The notes: generated by a model not told the origin, from the sequence alone. Counted from the first letter of the stretch, positions 40,604 to 55,552 are shown. The stretch is DNA of 64,000 bases from Octopus sinensis (GCF_006345805.1 NC_043004.1:27962001-28026000), one strand, 5' to 3'. A program made the numbers and translations.

Positions 40604-42645
40604 TTGTACCTGATCCAGTACCGTTCAGGCAGAACATTACGGAACATAACAGACCCAACCAGAAACCCATGTGTTTAAGACTCTACTCTGAATGTGCCAT
40701 ACAGTGCCATCCTCATGTCTGTCATGATTCCCTAAATCCTTCGTATTTTAGCTCCTTTTCATTTGCCCATTCTTGATCAACCTTCCCGGTCAACGTAACC
40801 ATCAATCTGTTACGATAAACCATGTCATAATATGAAGGCATTGTTTACTTATCGCAAGAGGGATTAGAAGTACACGCACTTTCTACAAATACAAGTTATT
40901 GGCACTATGTAATGGTTTGCTATATGAGTTTCCTTGGTTTCCACTCTTGCGCTGTCCTTTCTCACCTTGATTGGAGAAAGCAATAGAGAGTACAATGGTG
41001 TTGATCTTATTGCAGTGACGCTGCTCTATTGTTGTGAATAATCAGGATTTGATTATGGCTCTAGACATCGTCAAAGAATGACGACGATCTAGATGCTTCT
41101 AGAAAAGACTTGCCCCAACGATGACTCCATACCGATAACTATCAGCATAGATGCATGCATGAATGCATGTATGTATGTATGTGTATATGCACACACATAT
41201 TTATATATACGTGAAGGTTTGAGGTCTACCTGGAGGGGAGAGTTCGGCTCATCATCATAAGGTTTTGAGGTCATTTCCTGGGCCAGACGGTGCGTGGCTT
41301 CCTTGAGCAAAGAACTCTATTTCCTGATTCTCCAGTTTACTCATTTGCAATGTGTGCTATTCGGGTAGTGGTACAGCCCGCTACCCTCCGCCATCTGTCA
41401 AATTCTGTTGTTTCTCTGGAACAAGAGACATTAAATGGAAAAAAAAAAAAGTTAACTCAATATACAATATGCAGACGAATATTATTTCTCCAAAGTTAAC
41501 TATCTTTCAAATTTGTATGGGCTTGGCTTATCAAACAGTGCCTTGTGAAATGAAGCAAGGTAGATATCTACAGATGTAATTTGTATGGGTGTAGTGTAGC
41601 ACTGGTAGTGGTGGAACGGAAATGTTTAGAGGCACAAGCATCTGAATGTTAGGAGTTTGTAATAATAAATGAATAACATAATAAAGTAAAAAGGACATGA
41701 AATTTGGGATTAGCCAATATAAGAGGGTGACGGCTGAGAAAAAGAGAAAATGTATAAGTTAATAAAATAGAAGCGAAAATAAAAATATATCAATAAAAGC
41801 TGAGGAAAATATGAGAATAAGTTTTAACTAAAACAAAAGAAACATCATTTAAACTTGAACAGTAAAAGTCAAATGACATTAGAGTATACAAGCATTTATA
41901 TATAGTTGTCTATGACGAAAACCTAAAACTATAGAATATTAAACTTGAACAACAGAAATTAAAAGGGAATGGTTTACACGACTACTTATATACATTAATC
42001 TATATATAGAATTTAAAACAAAGAAAATATCAACTAATCTTGACAGTTGAAATGAACGAACAACAAACTGTACAGATATTTATATACTATAATAGTTTGT
42101 GTATAAAAGCCCAAACGGAAAATGTGAATGTAAGCACCAACCTACTAAAACTAAATTTAATAGAAATCTTGAGCAAAATCCAGCAATGTTCTTCGTCCTT
42201 GTTATTTTTAACCACACCAGTCAATCCCTCCCTCTACAACCATTAGAAACGGGTCTCATCCTATTTAAAGGTTGGTAAAATAACTTAATGACATTGATCC
42301 GACACAATATCATTAAAACATGTCAAACCATGCACCCCACCTCTATATTCACTTCTTAGCTAGTTCAATATTTTATATTATTCTTTTGGCACACCCCACC
42401 ATTCCTTCATGCACACGTGCATATCTTCATTGTTACATCTATTCTATCTTTACGTACATTGTTTTTCTTCTTCATTCTTCGTGATTTACTGTATATATTT
42501 TCTCTTTACTCCTGCCAGTTTTACTCCCTCTCCCTGTAAAGCTGTATACTCATCACATTTCACATCCAATACCGCTGTTTGATAAGTCGTCATAGGCGAG
42601 ACTTCGTAATCACTGACAAGAGTTTTTAATCTATCTATCTGTCTG

Positions 42646-42726
<81 letters not shown>

Positions 42727-43640
42727 TTCGGGCCAGGTCCCATGGACAACTTCCAGAGATCCCTGGCCTGGCAGTGCTACCGAGAAGCGCTACCCGTTCG
42801 GGATAAGCTCTACAGACACAGCTCTAGAAACACGGGGCCGACCTGCCCGAGATGCGGTCAGAGCGACGAAACCGTTCTACACGCACTCGTGCAGTGTCCA
42901 ACAATTTCCGACCTGTGGGCTTATGTCGAACAACTGCTATCAGCTGAGTCAATATTGCCACGCCTCCTTCCTTCAAACGGGAAGGAAGAGCTATTTTCAT
43001 CATCTTTGTGGTTATGGCGAAAGAATGTATCTGGTGGACACGTCTGAAAGGATTGGAGACAAACACTTTCCTCTCTGGTCAATCTCTCATCAACTTCTTC
43101 AAGTACCACTTGAAAAGGAGAGTGAGAGTAGAGAGGCAAGTTTTGTCTAGCGAACGTTTTAAAAAAAGATGGGTGAATGTTGCAAGGACGGCACGTATGA
43201 ATGACAAAGCCACCTTGAGCATAATCCTATGAACCCAGAAATTGAAAACAGAGGGTTACCCACTTGCAAACAAATGTGATAACATATAACAATATTGACC
43301 GAGGTTACCATGGTCTTTTTCGTTGGCTTTTCTTCCCACGGATAAACCTTATCTGCTTCCCTCTTTACACAGTACATCATGACACTGTGATACACGATCC
43401 CTATTGATCGTTTTTTTCCTCTTCCCCTTTTTTCCTCTTTTTTCTTCTTTTCTTTTCTTTTGTTTCTTTTCCTTTTGTTTCTTTTCTTCTTTTTTCCCTT
43501 TTATGATCCCTTTTGATCGAAAACCTACGCCACTTTTTTTTGTTTCTTTTGTTTTTTGTTTTATTCATCCCCCAAAAGAAAAGCTCTACCTTGTAATTTG
43601 CCCCATCTGTGTGCAGCCCTGTGTGGCCAATAAAGAAACT
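42727..43640 (+). mobile_element. Tx1/L1-clade non-LTR retrotransposon, 5'-truncated copy 1, in (TATC)n
   Basis: zf-RVT-like motif AWQCYREALPVRDKL...CPRCGQSDETVLHALVQC, then KECIWWTR, T-rich 3' UTR, AATAAA, then (TATC)n. Confidence 0.85.
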
Positions 43641-43662
43641 TATCTATCTATCTATCTATCTG

Positions 43663-43720
<58 letters not shown>

Positions 43721-43772
43721 CATCTATCTAGCTAGCTACCTGTCCGTCTGTCTGTCTATCTATCTGTCTATA

Positions 43773-45141
43773 TGTCCCGACCCTACCATCACCAAACTAC
43801 AACGCATCCTCTTTCGCTTCTTGTGGAAAGGATGCGTCCCGATGGTCAGGCGATCCATTTGCTGTCAACACCCGTTAAAAGGAGGGCTGGGCATGCCGTG
43901 GTTGATGATGCGCAGACACGCGCTGAGACTGCGACATCTCCGGCTCTATGTAGACGACGGTGAACAGGTGTGGTCGCCGTTTGTGAGGCACGCTTTCCCG
44001 CAGCTCGTCTCCATGACCGAACTGCAGTCGTGGATCAAAAAGAGGCCGAGGAAGGGCGAATGGCACCGCGAGTGTCGCGTTGCTCTCAAGCAACTCTGCC
44101 GTCCTGGGTCGACCTTAAGTGACTTCAACACAACCAAGCATTCTATAGGGGTTTAGTGGAGGGGAGTACGACGACGAGTCGGGGCGAACCTGGACGTCGA
44201 CGAGGGAGAGACTGAACTCCGCCTGTTCAGGACGACTTCGGGCCAGGGCCCATGGACAACTTCAGCAGAGATCCTGGCCTGGCAGTGCTACCGAGAAGCG
44301 CTACCCGTTCGGGATAAGCTCTACAGACACGGCTCGAGAAAAACGGGGCCGACCCGCCCGAGATGCGGTCAGAGCGACGAAACCGTTCTGCACGCACTCG
44401 TTCAGTGTCCAACAATTTCCGACCTGTGGGCTTATGTCGAACAACTGCTGTCACTTGTGGGACGAGTCGGTTTATCAGCTGAGTCTATCGTCAATATTGT
44501 CACGCTCCTTCCTTCAAACGGGAAGGAAGAGCTATTTTCATCATCCTTGTGGCTATGGCGAAAGAATGTATCTGGTGGACGCGTCTGAAAGGATTGGAGA
44601 CAAACACTTTCCTCTCTGGTCAATCTCTCATCAACTTCTTCAAGTACCACTTGAAAAGGAAAGTGAGAGTAGAGAGGCAAGTTTTGTCTAGCGAATGTTT
44701 TAAAAAAAGATGGGTGAATGTAGCAAGAATGGCACGTATGAATGACGAAGCCACCTTGAGCATAGTCCTATGAACCCAGAAATCGAAAACAGAGAGTTGC
44801 TTATTTGCCAAAAAAAAAAAAAAAAAAGAAATATAAAATGTGACTTCATTGACCGAGGTTACCGTGGTCTTTTCCGTAGGCTTTTCTTTCCACGGGTAAC
44901 CTCACCTGTCCTCCCCTTTACACTTCATATTGACATTCTGTGATAACGATCCATATTGATCAATTTTTTTTCCTCTCCCCCTTTTTTTTTTTAACCCCCC
45001 CTTTTTTGTCCTCTTTCTCTCCTTTTACGATCCTTTGATCGAAACTCCCCCCTTCCTTTTTTTTTTAACCCTTCAAAAGAAAAGCTCTACCTTGTAATTT
45101 GTTCTATCTGTGTGCAGCCCTGTGTGGCTAATAAAGAAAAC
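43773..45141 (+). mobile_element. Tx1/L1-clade retrotransposon, longer truncated copy 2, in (TATC)n
   Basis: LQRILFRFLWKG...HPLKGGLGMP, the same zinc-finger region and 3' UTR as copy 1; (TATC)n on both sides. Confidence 0.85.
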
Positions 45142-45142
45142 A

Positions 45143-45181
<39 letters not shown>

Positions 45182-45198
45182 TATCTATCTATCATCTA

Positions 45199-45244
<46 letters not shown>

Positions 45245-45299
45245 CATCCATCTTTTTATAAACATTCATTCGCTATATATATATATATTATATATATAT

Positions 45300-45330
<31 letters not shown>

Positions 45331-45692
45331 TATAGATATACACACACATATATATATATATACATATATATATATGCGCACACAGATACGTGCGAACAAT
45401 GATGTCATTGTGTTCCACACGTACGTGCACAAGCATTGTGGGGCAGAATGACATCGCTGATAGTCATCAACACAGAGTCATCGTAGGAGTAGGCCTTTTC
45501 TAGCGGCATCCAGATCATCATCAGTCTTTGACAATGCCTGGTGTGATAAGCAAGTCCTGACTAACCTTGCACGCTCATGTATGAATACACACACATATAT
45601 CTATATAAATATATAGATAAAACTCCTATCTCTCCCTCCCTCCGCGCTCTTCTCTCTCTATATATAGATAGATATAATATATATATATGATA

Positions 45693-45784
<92 letters not shown>

Positions 45785-45806
45785 TATGTGTGTGTATATA
45801 TATCTA

Positions 45807-45838
<32 letters not shown>

Positions 45839-45892
45839 TATATATATTATATATATATATATATTATATATAATATATATTATATATATAGT

Positions 45893-46068
45893 ACGTCTGC
45901 CGTTACGTTCTGAGTTCAAATTCCGCCGAGGTCGACTTTGCCTTTCATCCTTTCTGGGTCGATAAATAAAGTACCAGTTTCGCACTGGGGTCTATGTAAT
46001 CGACTTAATCCCTTTGTCTGTCCTTGTTTGTCCCCTCTATGTTTAGCCCCTTGTGGGTAGTAAAGAAA
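45893..46068 (+). mobile_element. SINE family A, 5'-truncated
   Basis: Homology to 49996-50226. Confidence 0.85.
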
Positions 46069-46559
46069 TGTGTATGTATATACATATTCAAATGTGTGTG
46101 TGTATAGACATATAGAATAAAAGCAGAAGCGCATACATTTCACATATAATTCATGCATTAACTGTGCGCAACTGCAGTTTCCTTAGAATAAAGAACATTG
46201 ATTCCAAAATTATACATTTGCGATACATGTCTAAAAAAATCTTTTATAAAATTTAAATAAGCTGAAATTTTAATGATTCGAATATGCATTGCAATTCCCT
46301 AATTATGAATAAATGCTGATGATATTAATGAGGCATCTGTTGTGCTGAATTAATATATGAATTATACCTAAAATGATTAATTTCTGCCTTTATGATAAAT
46401 AGATGACTTATCATAAATAGCTGATTATACATATTTTACTCGCTAGTAGGTTCCAACTGAAATGTAATAACGTGCTAAGGTTTAATGATGTTTTTTCGCT
46501 GAGCTCTTAATTGCTGCATATTTTTCATGTTTATACATCAATTCTCAGTCAGAGCTAGC

Positions 46560-47717
46560 AGTGAGCTTCATGAGGTAGTATGCCGTGTGACATTGCTTTG
46601 TTTACTTCGCGTAAGTTGTGAAATTTGTGTTTCTGCGATCACGTGTATACTGTAGTCTACAATTTTCTCAGGCACAGGAAGTTGGAACAAAGTGCCAACG
46701 TGAAATTTCGCGTTAAACTTTGGCAGTCTTCTACAGAGACATTGAACATGCTTCGGCAAGCTTACGGTGACGAGGCAATGGGACATACGCAATGTTTCGA
46801 GTGGTACGAGTTCTTCAAAATTCCTCATATTGTGCATGGCGATCGTCGGAAGACAATCAACGGCATTGCTGATGTTGTTGGTCCGTCGTGTGGGTCCGTG
46901 CAGGAAAGCCTAACGTTTGAATTGAACATGCGGCGTGTCTCGGCCAACTTTGTCACCCGTCTATTGACCAGTGAACATAAAGAAGATCGCGTCGAAACCT
47001 GTCAAGATCTCCGTCAGTGTGCCGCTGGTGACCCATTCTTCATGTCTCATGTCGAGGATTATCACCGGTGACGAGAGTTGGATCTACGGACAAAACCCTG
47101 CGACGAACTAGCAGTCGTCATAATGGAAGAAGCTTTCATCTCCAGAACCGAAGAAGGCACGACAGAGACGTAATTCAATCAAGAGGATACTCATCGTTTT
47201 TTCGACATCCTCGGAATTATGCATCGAGAATTCGTTCCCTAGAACTGGATCGTCAATTGAGAATTCGACTGCGACGTTTTGAAGCGTTTGAAGGAAGACA
47301 TTTGGTGAAAGCGACCGGGTCTGTGGAGCGCCAAGAACTGAATTCTTTACAACGACAATACAACCTGGCACTGAGCTCTCCTCATCGTGAGTTTCTCAAC
47401 ATAAAAACGCTTCCGCACCCGCCCTATTTGCTAGATTTAGCACCTGAAGACTTCCATTTCTTCCCTAAGCTGAAAATGCAGCTCAAAGATCGCCGTTTTA
47501 ACACTGTTGTCGAGATCCAGATCGAATCATTGAAAGTCCTCGACTCACGGAAAATGACTTCCAGGCCGGTTTCTAAAAGAGGCAGGAACGTTGGGACCGG
47601 TGTATTGCTGCTCAAGGTGACTACTTTGAAGGAGATGATGTTAAAATTTAGGTAAATAAGTTACTTTTTTTAAAATTAAATATAACTAATTAAAGAACTT
47701 TTTGATACCATCTCGTT
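46560..47717 (+). mobile_element. Mariner transposase relic (frameshifted)
   Basis: EQSANVKFRVKL...QAYGDEAM...CFEWY, RVSANFVTRLL, IITGDESWIY, HPPYLLDLAPEDFHFFPKLK, GDYFEGD; TIR-like end GAACTTTTTGATACCATCTCG. Confidence 0.85.
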
Positions 47718-47726
47718 ATATATATA

Positions 47727-47774
<48 letters not shown>

Positions 47775-47779
47775 TTTGA

Positions 47780-48226
47780 TATAATTAGGGTTATCAAAAA
47801 GAAAAATTGCTTTGCTACATACCGAACTTTTAGAAATAGCAGCCAAAGAATTAGCTATTTCTTCTATTATAAGAAGAATCTTCCAGACAATGTATACTCA
47901 AAAACAATTCACGTAAGCATAGAGGGAAAAATAACGAAAGTTCACTCGAAAATAGATTACTTGTGAACGCGTTTCTGGGTTAGTTAGATATAGAGATGCT
48001 AGAAATATATCCAACATTCCCATCATCAGTAACAAAGATTTCAGTAATTTTAAATTTGAGAGCACTAAAAATCGAACATACATATCCGACTCGAGTAACT
48101 TCAGACAAGCCATCTTCGATATCCAGTACTAACGAATAATGTTTAAGTTTACCGTAAATGGTCCTTTTAACATACCGAACACTGCTTGGTAAAATTATTA
48201 ATTACTAGTTAATTAATTTTACCCTT

Positions 48227-48230
<4 letters not shown>
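47780..48230. repeat. (TA)n-embedded element related to the 20524-20965 unit
   Basis: Left end ACCGAA...TTAGAAATAGCAGCCAAAGA...AGCTATTTCTTCTA and right end CATACCGAACACTGCTTGGT...TTAATTAATTTTACCCTT match the corresponding ends at 20524-20610 and 20895-20960. Confidence 0.6.
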
Positions 48231-48264
<34 letters not shown>

Positions 48265-48666
48265 TATATATCTTTCTATACACACACATACACACAAACA
48301 AACACAAATACACATACAAACGCAAATAAACACACACATGCACGCACACGTGTGGTTAGCCGGAGGTGCCAGTTCTTGTTTAGCGCTGTCAACCAACTGA
48401 ATCTGATACATAATACTAACACTTGATTAAATTACTATTTTCATCTGAAGATTTGACATTTCAATGTGACCAAGCTATGGTCTACGCAACGATTTTCCGA
48501 CATTGCACTGTTTCGCTAATGAAACATTTATAAAGATATGCAATTTATAATGTTTTGATAAAGAGAAAAAAATCTCTTCAATTCTATTTTCAGATAAACA
48601 CTCATGAATTATTCAAAGTATATAATACCAAAAGAAAATCAGTGGACAAATTTGACTGGTCATACT

Positions 48667-48698
<32 letters not shown>

Positions 48699-49395
48699 TG
48701 TATGTATGTATGTATGTACATACATACACACACACATACACACACACATTCACACACACACGCACATATATATTCAGGTATAGAGGGTGAATAATAGTAC
48801 CCTCTATATAATATAAATAAATATTTTCAAAGTGGAAAAATTTACAGATTTTTTCTCTTACGAGGTTTTTCACGCTAACTACTGATAATTTCTTATAAAG
48901 ATTTTATCCTTAATTTTAAAAATATATATTCAGGTATGTGACGTTGATATACCACAAAAATGATGACATATCGGTACCCATCACTCCTGAATTCGATCGG
49001 AGGCGAACTGTCTCGCTTGTGAATGACTTTTAGGTGTTTTAAAGCCCAGCTCTCTCTCTCTATATATATATTTTTGACCATGTGTTAATATCTGGCGTGT
49101 AGTTCGACAAATTATATTTTATGACAGATTTCACTGACGAACTGCAGATTAATTGTGTACGTAAAATTGTATAATTTATTAACAGTGAAACAATTGTACG
49201 GGGTTAATCTATATTTTTGTTATTTTCATTTGTCCTGCTCGATTACGTTCATAGTGTGCTAAATTTTGTTGAGAACAGTTCTTAGTGGTTGAGACTCATG
49301 CGATCTCTCTTTAGCGTAAGGGCGTCCGCATAGGGATTCTCTCTCATATTTAGTATATATACACATATAGTGTGTATATATATATATATATATAC

Positions 49396-49435
<40 letters not shown>

Positions 49436-49533
49436 AAAGGGTAAAATACTTTTTTCGATGGCTTATCAGAGCAACCTGTTGCCCGCCCTTTTACTTATAT
49501 GTTATATATGTATATGTATATATATATATAATA

Positions 49534-49564
<31 letters not shown>

Positions 49565-49584
49565 GTGTGTGTTGTGTGTGTGGT

Positions 49585-49625
<41 letters not shown>

Positions 49626-49995
49626 TGTTTGTGTGTGTATATATATATCGTGTTGTCTGATAAATTGTTTCCTTTCAATTAACACGAAGAATATTTTTAC
49701 CGTTGTGTATCATTTATTTTTTGGGGGAGCAGTATTGTTTCTCCAAAACTTTATTTATCGCGAAATTTGAATGAAATTCATCTCTTTTCAGACATATGAC
49801 AATGAAGTGCGAAGTAGAAAGAAAAATGAAAGCTTTCGACGCCAGCTTCTCTTCACTTTGAATCGGGTTCCCTAAGCTGCTCGGGACATTTGTGTTGTGT
49901 ATGAATAAGGTGCTATTAGGGAAAGAACTACATAGAAATGTGTTCAACGTCTTTTTGATGTCCTGTACCCATATGTGCATGTATATATATATATA

Positions 49996-50226
49996 GGCGG
50001 CGAGCTGGCAGAGACGTTAGCACGCCGGGCGAAATGCGTGGCCGTATTTCGTCTGCCGTTACGTTCTGAGTTCAAATTCCGCCGAGGTCGACTTTGCCTT
50101 TCATCCTTTCGGGGTCAATAATTTAAGTACCAGTTGCGCACTGGGGTCGATGTAATCGACTTAATCCCTTTGTATGTCCTTGTTTGTCCTCTCTGTGTTT
50201 GGCCGCTTGTGGGTAGTAAAGAAATA
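49996..50226 (+). mobile_element. SINE family A, full length
   Basis: GGCGGCGAGCTGGCAGAGACGTTAGC...GAGTTCAAATTCC...GCCTTTCATCCTTTCGGGGTC...GTAAAGAAATA. Confidence 0.9.
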
Positions 50227-50674
50227 TATATATATATATGTAGGTATGTACATATATGTATGTATATATGCATATATTTATATATTATTTATATTATTAT
50301 ATGATCGAACGCCACGCATCCTTTTCCAAGTAAGTCTTATCTTAATAATCACGATGCGCACTCTTCTTTACTATCTCTTCTCTGTCTATCTCCCTCCCTC
50401 TCTTGTTCTTCATCCTTTCTGGTTTTCTCTCCCACCCTTCCCTATTCTTCTCCTCTCCTCTTGACCGTTCCCTCTCTCTCACTCTTCCTGAATCTATCTT
50501 TCTATCCATTTCCTTCCTAAAGACAAGACGTGCTTATACCTGTCTCCTCTCATAGCTTTTCCTCCTAGCGTTAATAATAAGTTTTCTATCGTCTTGGCTC
50601 AACAGCCCTCATCGTTTGTATTTACTGCCTTGTTCCCACTGTCCTGTTCTTGCTACAACTTTCACCCTCCGCAA

Positions 50675-51090
<416 letters not shown>

Positions 51091-51313
51091 AAATGAATAA
51101 AATAATATATATATATTATTCCAGTCTCCTTATGTGATTGTAAAGAATGTCATTTCTTTTTCTTTGTGGTACAGTTGAAATATTCCTGCAGAGTCTTCGA
51201 ATTCCATCCGAACTTTGTGTATAAAAGATCTTGCAATATTTAAAACGTTGAAAATTTCCAAATCGCTCTATTCTGCAAATTCGTCAATAGTTCTTTCTTT
51301 CTTTCTTTTTCTT

Positions 51314-51715
51314 TTTTTACTTGTTTCAGTCATTTGACAGCGGCCATGCTGGAGCATCACCTTCAGTCGAGCAAATCGACCCCGGGACTTATTCTTTGTA
51401 AGCCCAGTACTTATCCTATCGGTCTCTTTTGCGGAACCGCTAGGTGACGTGGACGTAAACACACCAGCATCGGTTGTCAAGCAATGCTAGGGGGACAAAC
51501 ACAGACACACAAACACACACACAAATATATATATATATATATACATATATACGACATGCTTCTTTCAGTTTCCGTCTACCAAATCCACTCACAAGGCATT
51601 GGTCGGCCCGGGGCTATAGCAGAAGACACTTGCTCAAGGTGCCACGCAGTGGGACTGAACCCGGAACCATGTGGTTGGTTAGCAATCTACTTACCACACA
51701 GCCACTCCTGCGCCC
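51314..51715 (-). mobile_element. SINE family B, full length
   Basis: Reverse-complement homologue of 31431-31823. Confidence 0.9.
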
Positions 51716-51899
51716 ATTGCATATCTTTGTATTTCTTGTCTTAGCATTTTGCCTGCCCTGGAAGGTCTAAAAGAAATAACCTTTTAATTGGTTTAAAAAG
51801 AGTAGTATAATAAATTATTCTCAAACTACTTCTCCCATCCACCACACACACACACACACACGTCATGCAATAAGACTCATTAAACTTTGTATGTCCAAC

Positions 51900-52370
51900 C
51901 CTTTAATTGTCACATCCAACATCTTTTTGCTGAAGAGCAGTCAATAAGGGCCTGTGAAAGCCATGGGCACACCAACTTCTTGTTTAAACAATTTACGAAC
52001 GAATATTTCGTAATCCTGCAAAACCGACTTCTATTCTACCCGAGGCATCGGTCCAACACAAAGGCACTGCAATTGTTCTTTTGCCACAACATATTCGATC
52101 TCAACCAATAACAATGTAAACCTTAGATATATGAATATAAAGTTCTGGATTCATGACGTACGCAGTGAAAGGTTATACGTGTATCGAATATCATAGTGAA
52201 CCACAGTTCTGATAGTTTACCTCAGCAATGGCTCTCATTGATTTTCCAAGACCATCATCGATATTGTTTTGAATCCTTTGACTGAATCCCAGTGTCCTTA
52301 TGTGATTGTAAAGAATGTCACATCTTTTTCTCTGTGGTACAGTTGAAATATTCCCATATAACCGTATTGC
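51900..52370 (-). mobile_element. Probable maT/Tc1-like transposase N-terminal relic
   Basis: IQNNIDDGLGKSMRAIA, HTH-like; a ~65-bp segment is duplicated at 51121-51185. Confidence 0.4.
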
Positions 52371-52414
52371 TTTTTTCATCTTACTATTCTCATCGAGTTT
52401 AGAAGTTTGGCCTC

Positions 52415-52432
52415 TTCCTCTTCTCCTCTTCC

Positions 52433-52465
<33 letters not shown>

Positions 52466-52973
52466 TCCTCCTTCTTCTTCTTCTTCTTCTTCTTCTTCTT
52501 CTTCTTCTTCTTCTTCTTCTTCTTCTTCTCTTCTTCTTCTTCTTCTTCTCTTCTTCTTCTTCTTCTTCTTACAGCATTCACCCGGGGTGGGTTGAGCTGG
52601 CTTCATTCATCCTCAATGCTGCATCTCTCAGAAACGCCGACCAGACCTGGCGATTTGAGGCTAACGACCGCGTGATCTCCAACCACTCCTTATTCCAGCG
52701 GCGAACGCCGTAGACATGGGGGCCTAGGTTGGGTTCCAGATCAGCCTTGACTGTCGTCAACCAGGTTTTTCGTTGTCCACCACATCGCTTTCGCCAACAC
52801 TGAAGGGGAGCTGGGGGCAATTGCTTCGTAGATGAATTCTCCTGGTTGACGACGGAGGGCATGACCGAGCCAACGCAGACGTCTCGTTAGGATGACTTGT
52901 CGGAGGGAGGTGATCCTGCACTGGTGTCGCACCGAATTTTTGGAGACATTTTTATGTTATGAAATCCCTTTAA
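52415..52973 (-). mobile_element. 5'-truncated RTE-clade LINE with (GAA)n/(GAG)n tail and 12-bp TSD
   Basis: RRLRWLGHALRR, WRKRCGGQRKTWLTTVKADL, ASNRQVWS; TSD AAGTTTGGCCTC at 52403-52414 and 52974-52985. Confidence 0.85.
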
Positions 52974-54947
52974 AAGTTTGGCCTCCGTAATAGTATATTA
53001 CAGAATATATATATAACTTTGTCCTTTCTGCGAGATTGGTTAGCTATACAGCTATACAGCTTTTGTGAAACACATTTTTTTAATTCACCAACAAAACAGA
53101 ACATTGTCACCTATCATCTTTTCAAACCTTATTTTGTTTTATGTTATGAAATCCCTTTAAAGAAAATGTGTATTGCTTCTATTCTTAAATACTCTTAAGA
53201 TTTCCAAATTACGCTAGAAATTTGTCTCTCTTTCTCTAACAAAGCAGTGCTGATATTTTCTTAATTTTTTTTTTATTAGAAGTGCATCCAGTTGTTCAAT
53301 GGACTGAATCAGTTGATCATTGTATTTTAGTATTTTAACGACTGAATATTCCATTGACACGTATCATTATAGACTCATCCGAACACGGTGTCTGGCGATA
53401 TAGGTCTTTGACTTACAGTTACACTCCATTTGACTTCTTTTACAGAGGTTTCAACTCAGAAGGTTTGGTGCGACTTGCAGACCTAGAAGAAGACATTCTA
53501 GCGCACTGGGATCGAACCGAGTTGTAAAGTAAACTTCTTAGCCATTTGAACACGACTCCTTATATGAAGCAAGCATATGTGATTTACACGAGAGCCCTAT
53601 TCTTTAGAGATTCAAGCATCCAGTGAAAATACGTTTAACTTTGTACTGGATCCCGACTTATCGGCTGGAAAATATAACACAGTAAAAGAATTTTTTGGAC
53701 TACTCCTGAAACCTATTCCCCTCTCTCTCTCTCTCTCTCTCTCCCTCCATCCCTCTCCTTCCCCCTCTCTCTTTTTCTCTCTCTCGTCTGTCTAAATCAA
53801 GGTCGTGACAGTTGTTACCGAGCTGTATATTCTATTGATAATCTAGCATCAGCTGCCGTTTCTGCCGTCTCTATCAAGGCAGACTGTAACCTATAACAAT
53901 TGTCTGTGGCTATAATTCTTTTGAAATGTATAGATGTGTCAATTTTGTGTAAGAATGAAGAAGCTTTAGTGATTCTTATATATATATATATTCATATATA
54001 TATATATATATATATGAATCCCTCTTTATAAAGGTCTCTCCATTTTCTCTGCACGAAGGAGGAATGTGACAATTGGTTGTGAGTTCCATTCTTCTACTAC
54101 TCAAGCATCGTCTGAGGATTCATGTCTGTCTGTGCTCTCTACGATGAAGCTGTGTTGTGAGCTGGCAAACATAGCATAGCTGTTGTCTGCTTGTTCGGAT
54201 ATTGATTTCTGCTCGGCTCTCTAGATATCGTTGTTTAACAGTGTCGTTGCTTCTGTTACAAATAGCAGCAGCTGCAGCAAACGCAACAACAACAGCAGCA
54301 GCAGCAGCAGACTGAGATGGAAAAGAAAATGATGGGGAAGTTATCGTACTTCTTATTGTTGTAGGTGGTGATGGTGGTTGTGGCGATATTGCTGATGACG
54401 ATATCAGTGGGTATGATGACGAAGGTGGTGGGGTTACGGTTGTTCACGATCATATTTATGATCGTATCGATAATGGTGTTGATGATAATGTTGTTGATGA
54501 TGGTGCTTTAAAGCCACAAATCGGCTTCGATCATACAAATCTATATAAAAGCGCTCCAACCTTGGCCAAGCCTCCGATTTATATACCTAAAGTTTTTTTT
54601 TTTTACTTTTTAAAGATCGTAGAGTATGAACTGAGATATTTCTTACAAAAAGAGCGACCACATCGATGATTACTGGAGCTGTTAATATTGGGATGTGGTA
54701 TTACTGCATTGATATTGCAGCTACTGCACTCACTGTTGCAGATAATAATGTTTAGGTCTTGAGATTCTGCAAGTGTGAAGCTGCATATCTTATAATACTG
54801 CTGCATATGCATTAGAAGATGTTTGACCGTTATTGAAGACACAAGGGATGATGATATTGTTGAGGATGATGATAGTGATGGTAGTGAAGATGATGACGAT
54901 AATTAATGATGGAAGTCTAATAAAAACAGAAACAACAGGAATCATAA

Positions 54948-55552
54948 TCCTTTCTACTCTAGGCACAACGCCTGAAATTTTGGGGAGGGGAATAGTCGAT
55001 TACATTGATCCGAGTTATGGTATCATTGATCGGGACTTATGGTATCAACCCTGAAAGAATGAAAGGCAAGGTTGACCTCGGTTGAAAGTTAACTCAGAAC
55101 GTATTTCTTTATTGCTCACAAGGGGCTAAACGTAGAGGGGACAAACAACGATAGACAAACGGATTAAGTAACTGGTACTTATTTAATCGACCTCGAAAGG
55201 ATGAAAGGCAAAGTCGACCTCGGAGGAATTTGAACTCAGAACGTAACGGCAGACGAAATACCGCAAAGCAAAACTTTTCTGCCGCTAACGATTTTGTCGG
55301 GTACGCTAACGATTCTGCTACTTCGCCTCCTTAACAATAATAATAACAATCTTTTCAAGTATAGGCACAAAGCCTGAAACTTTGGAGATGGGGCTAGTGA
55401 TTTACATCGCCCCTAGTACTTGATTAGTACTTGTATCCGAAAGGATAAAAGGCAAATTCGACCTCGACAGCTTTTTAACACAAAACGTAAAGACAGACGA
55501 AAGGCCGCTCAGCATTTTGTCCGGCGTGTTAATGATTCTGTCAGTTTCCCCT
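54948..55552 (-). mobile_element. Cluster of nested and tandem SINE family A-related copies
   Basis: Three occurrences of the GAAAGGATGAAAGGCAAAGTCGACCTCG-like core. Confidence 0.75.

Noticed and set aside
42560-42610. TTGATAAGTCG...GGCGAGAC HHR-like remnant, similar one at 21410-21430
   Set aside because: Too many core substitutions to support.
49776-49875. Polypyrimidine-CAG acceptor followed by a 27-codon frame
   Set aside because: No recognisable protein similarity or partner exons; such sites are common by chance.
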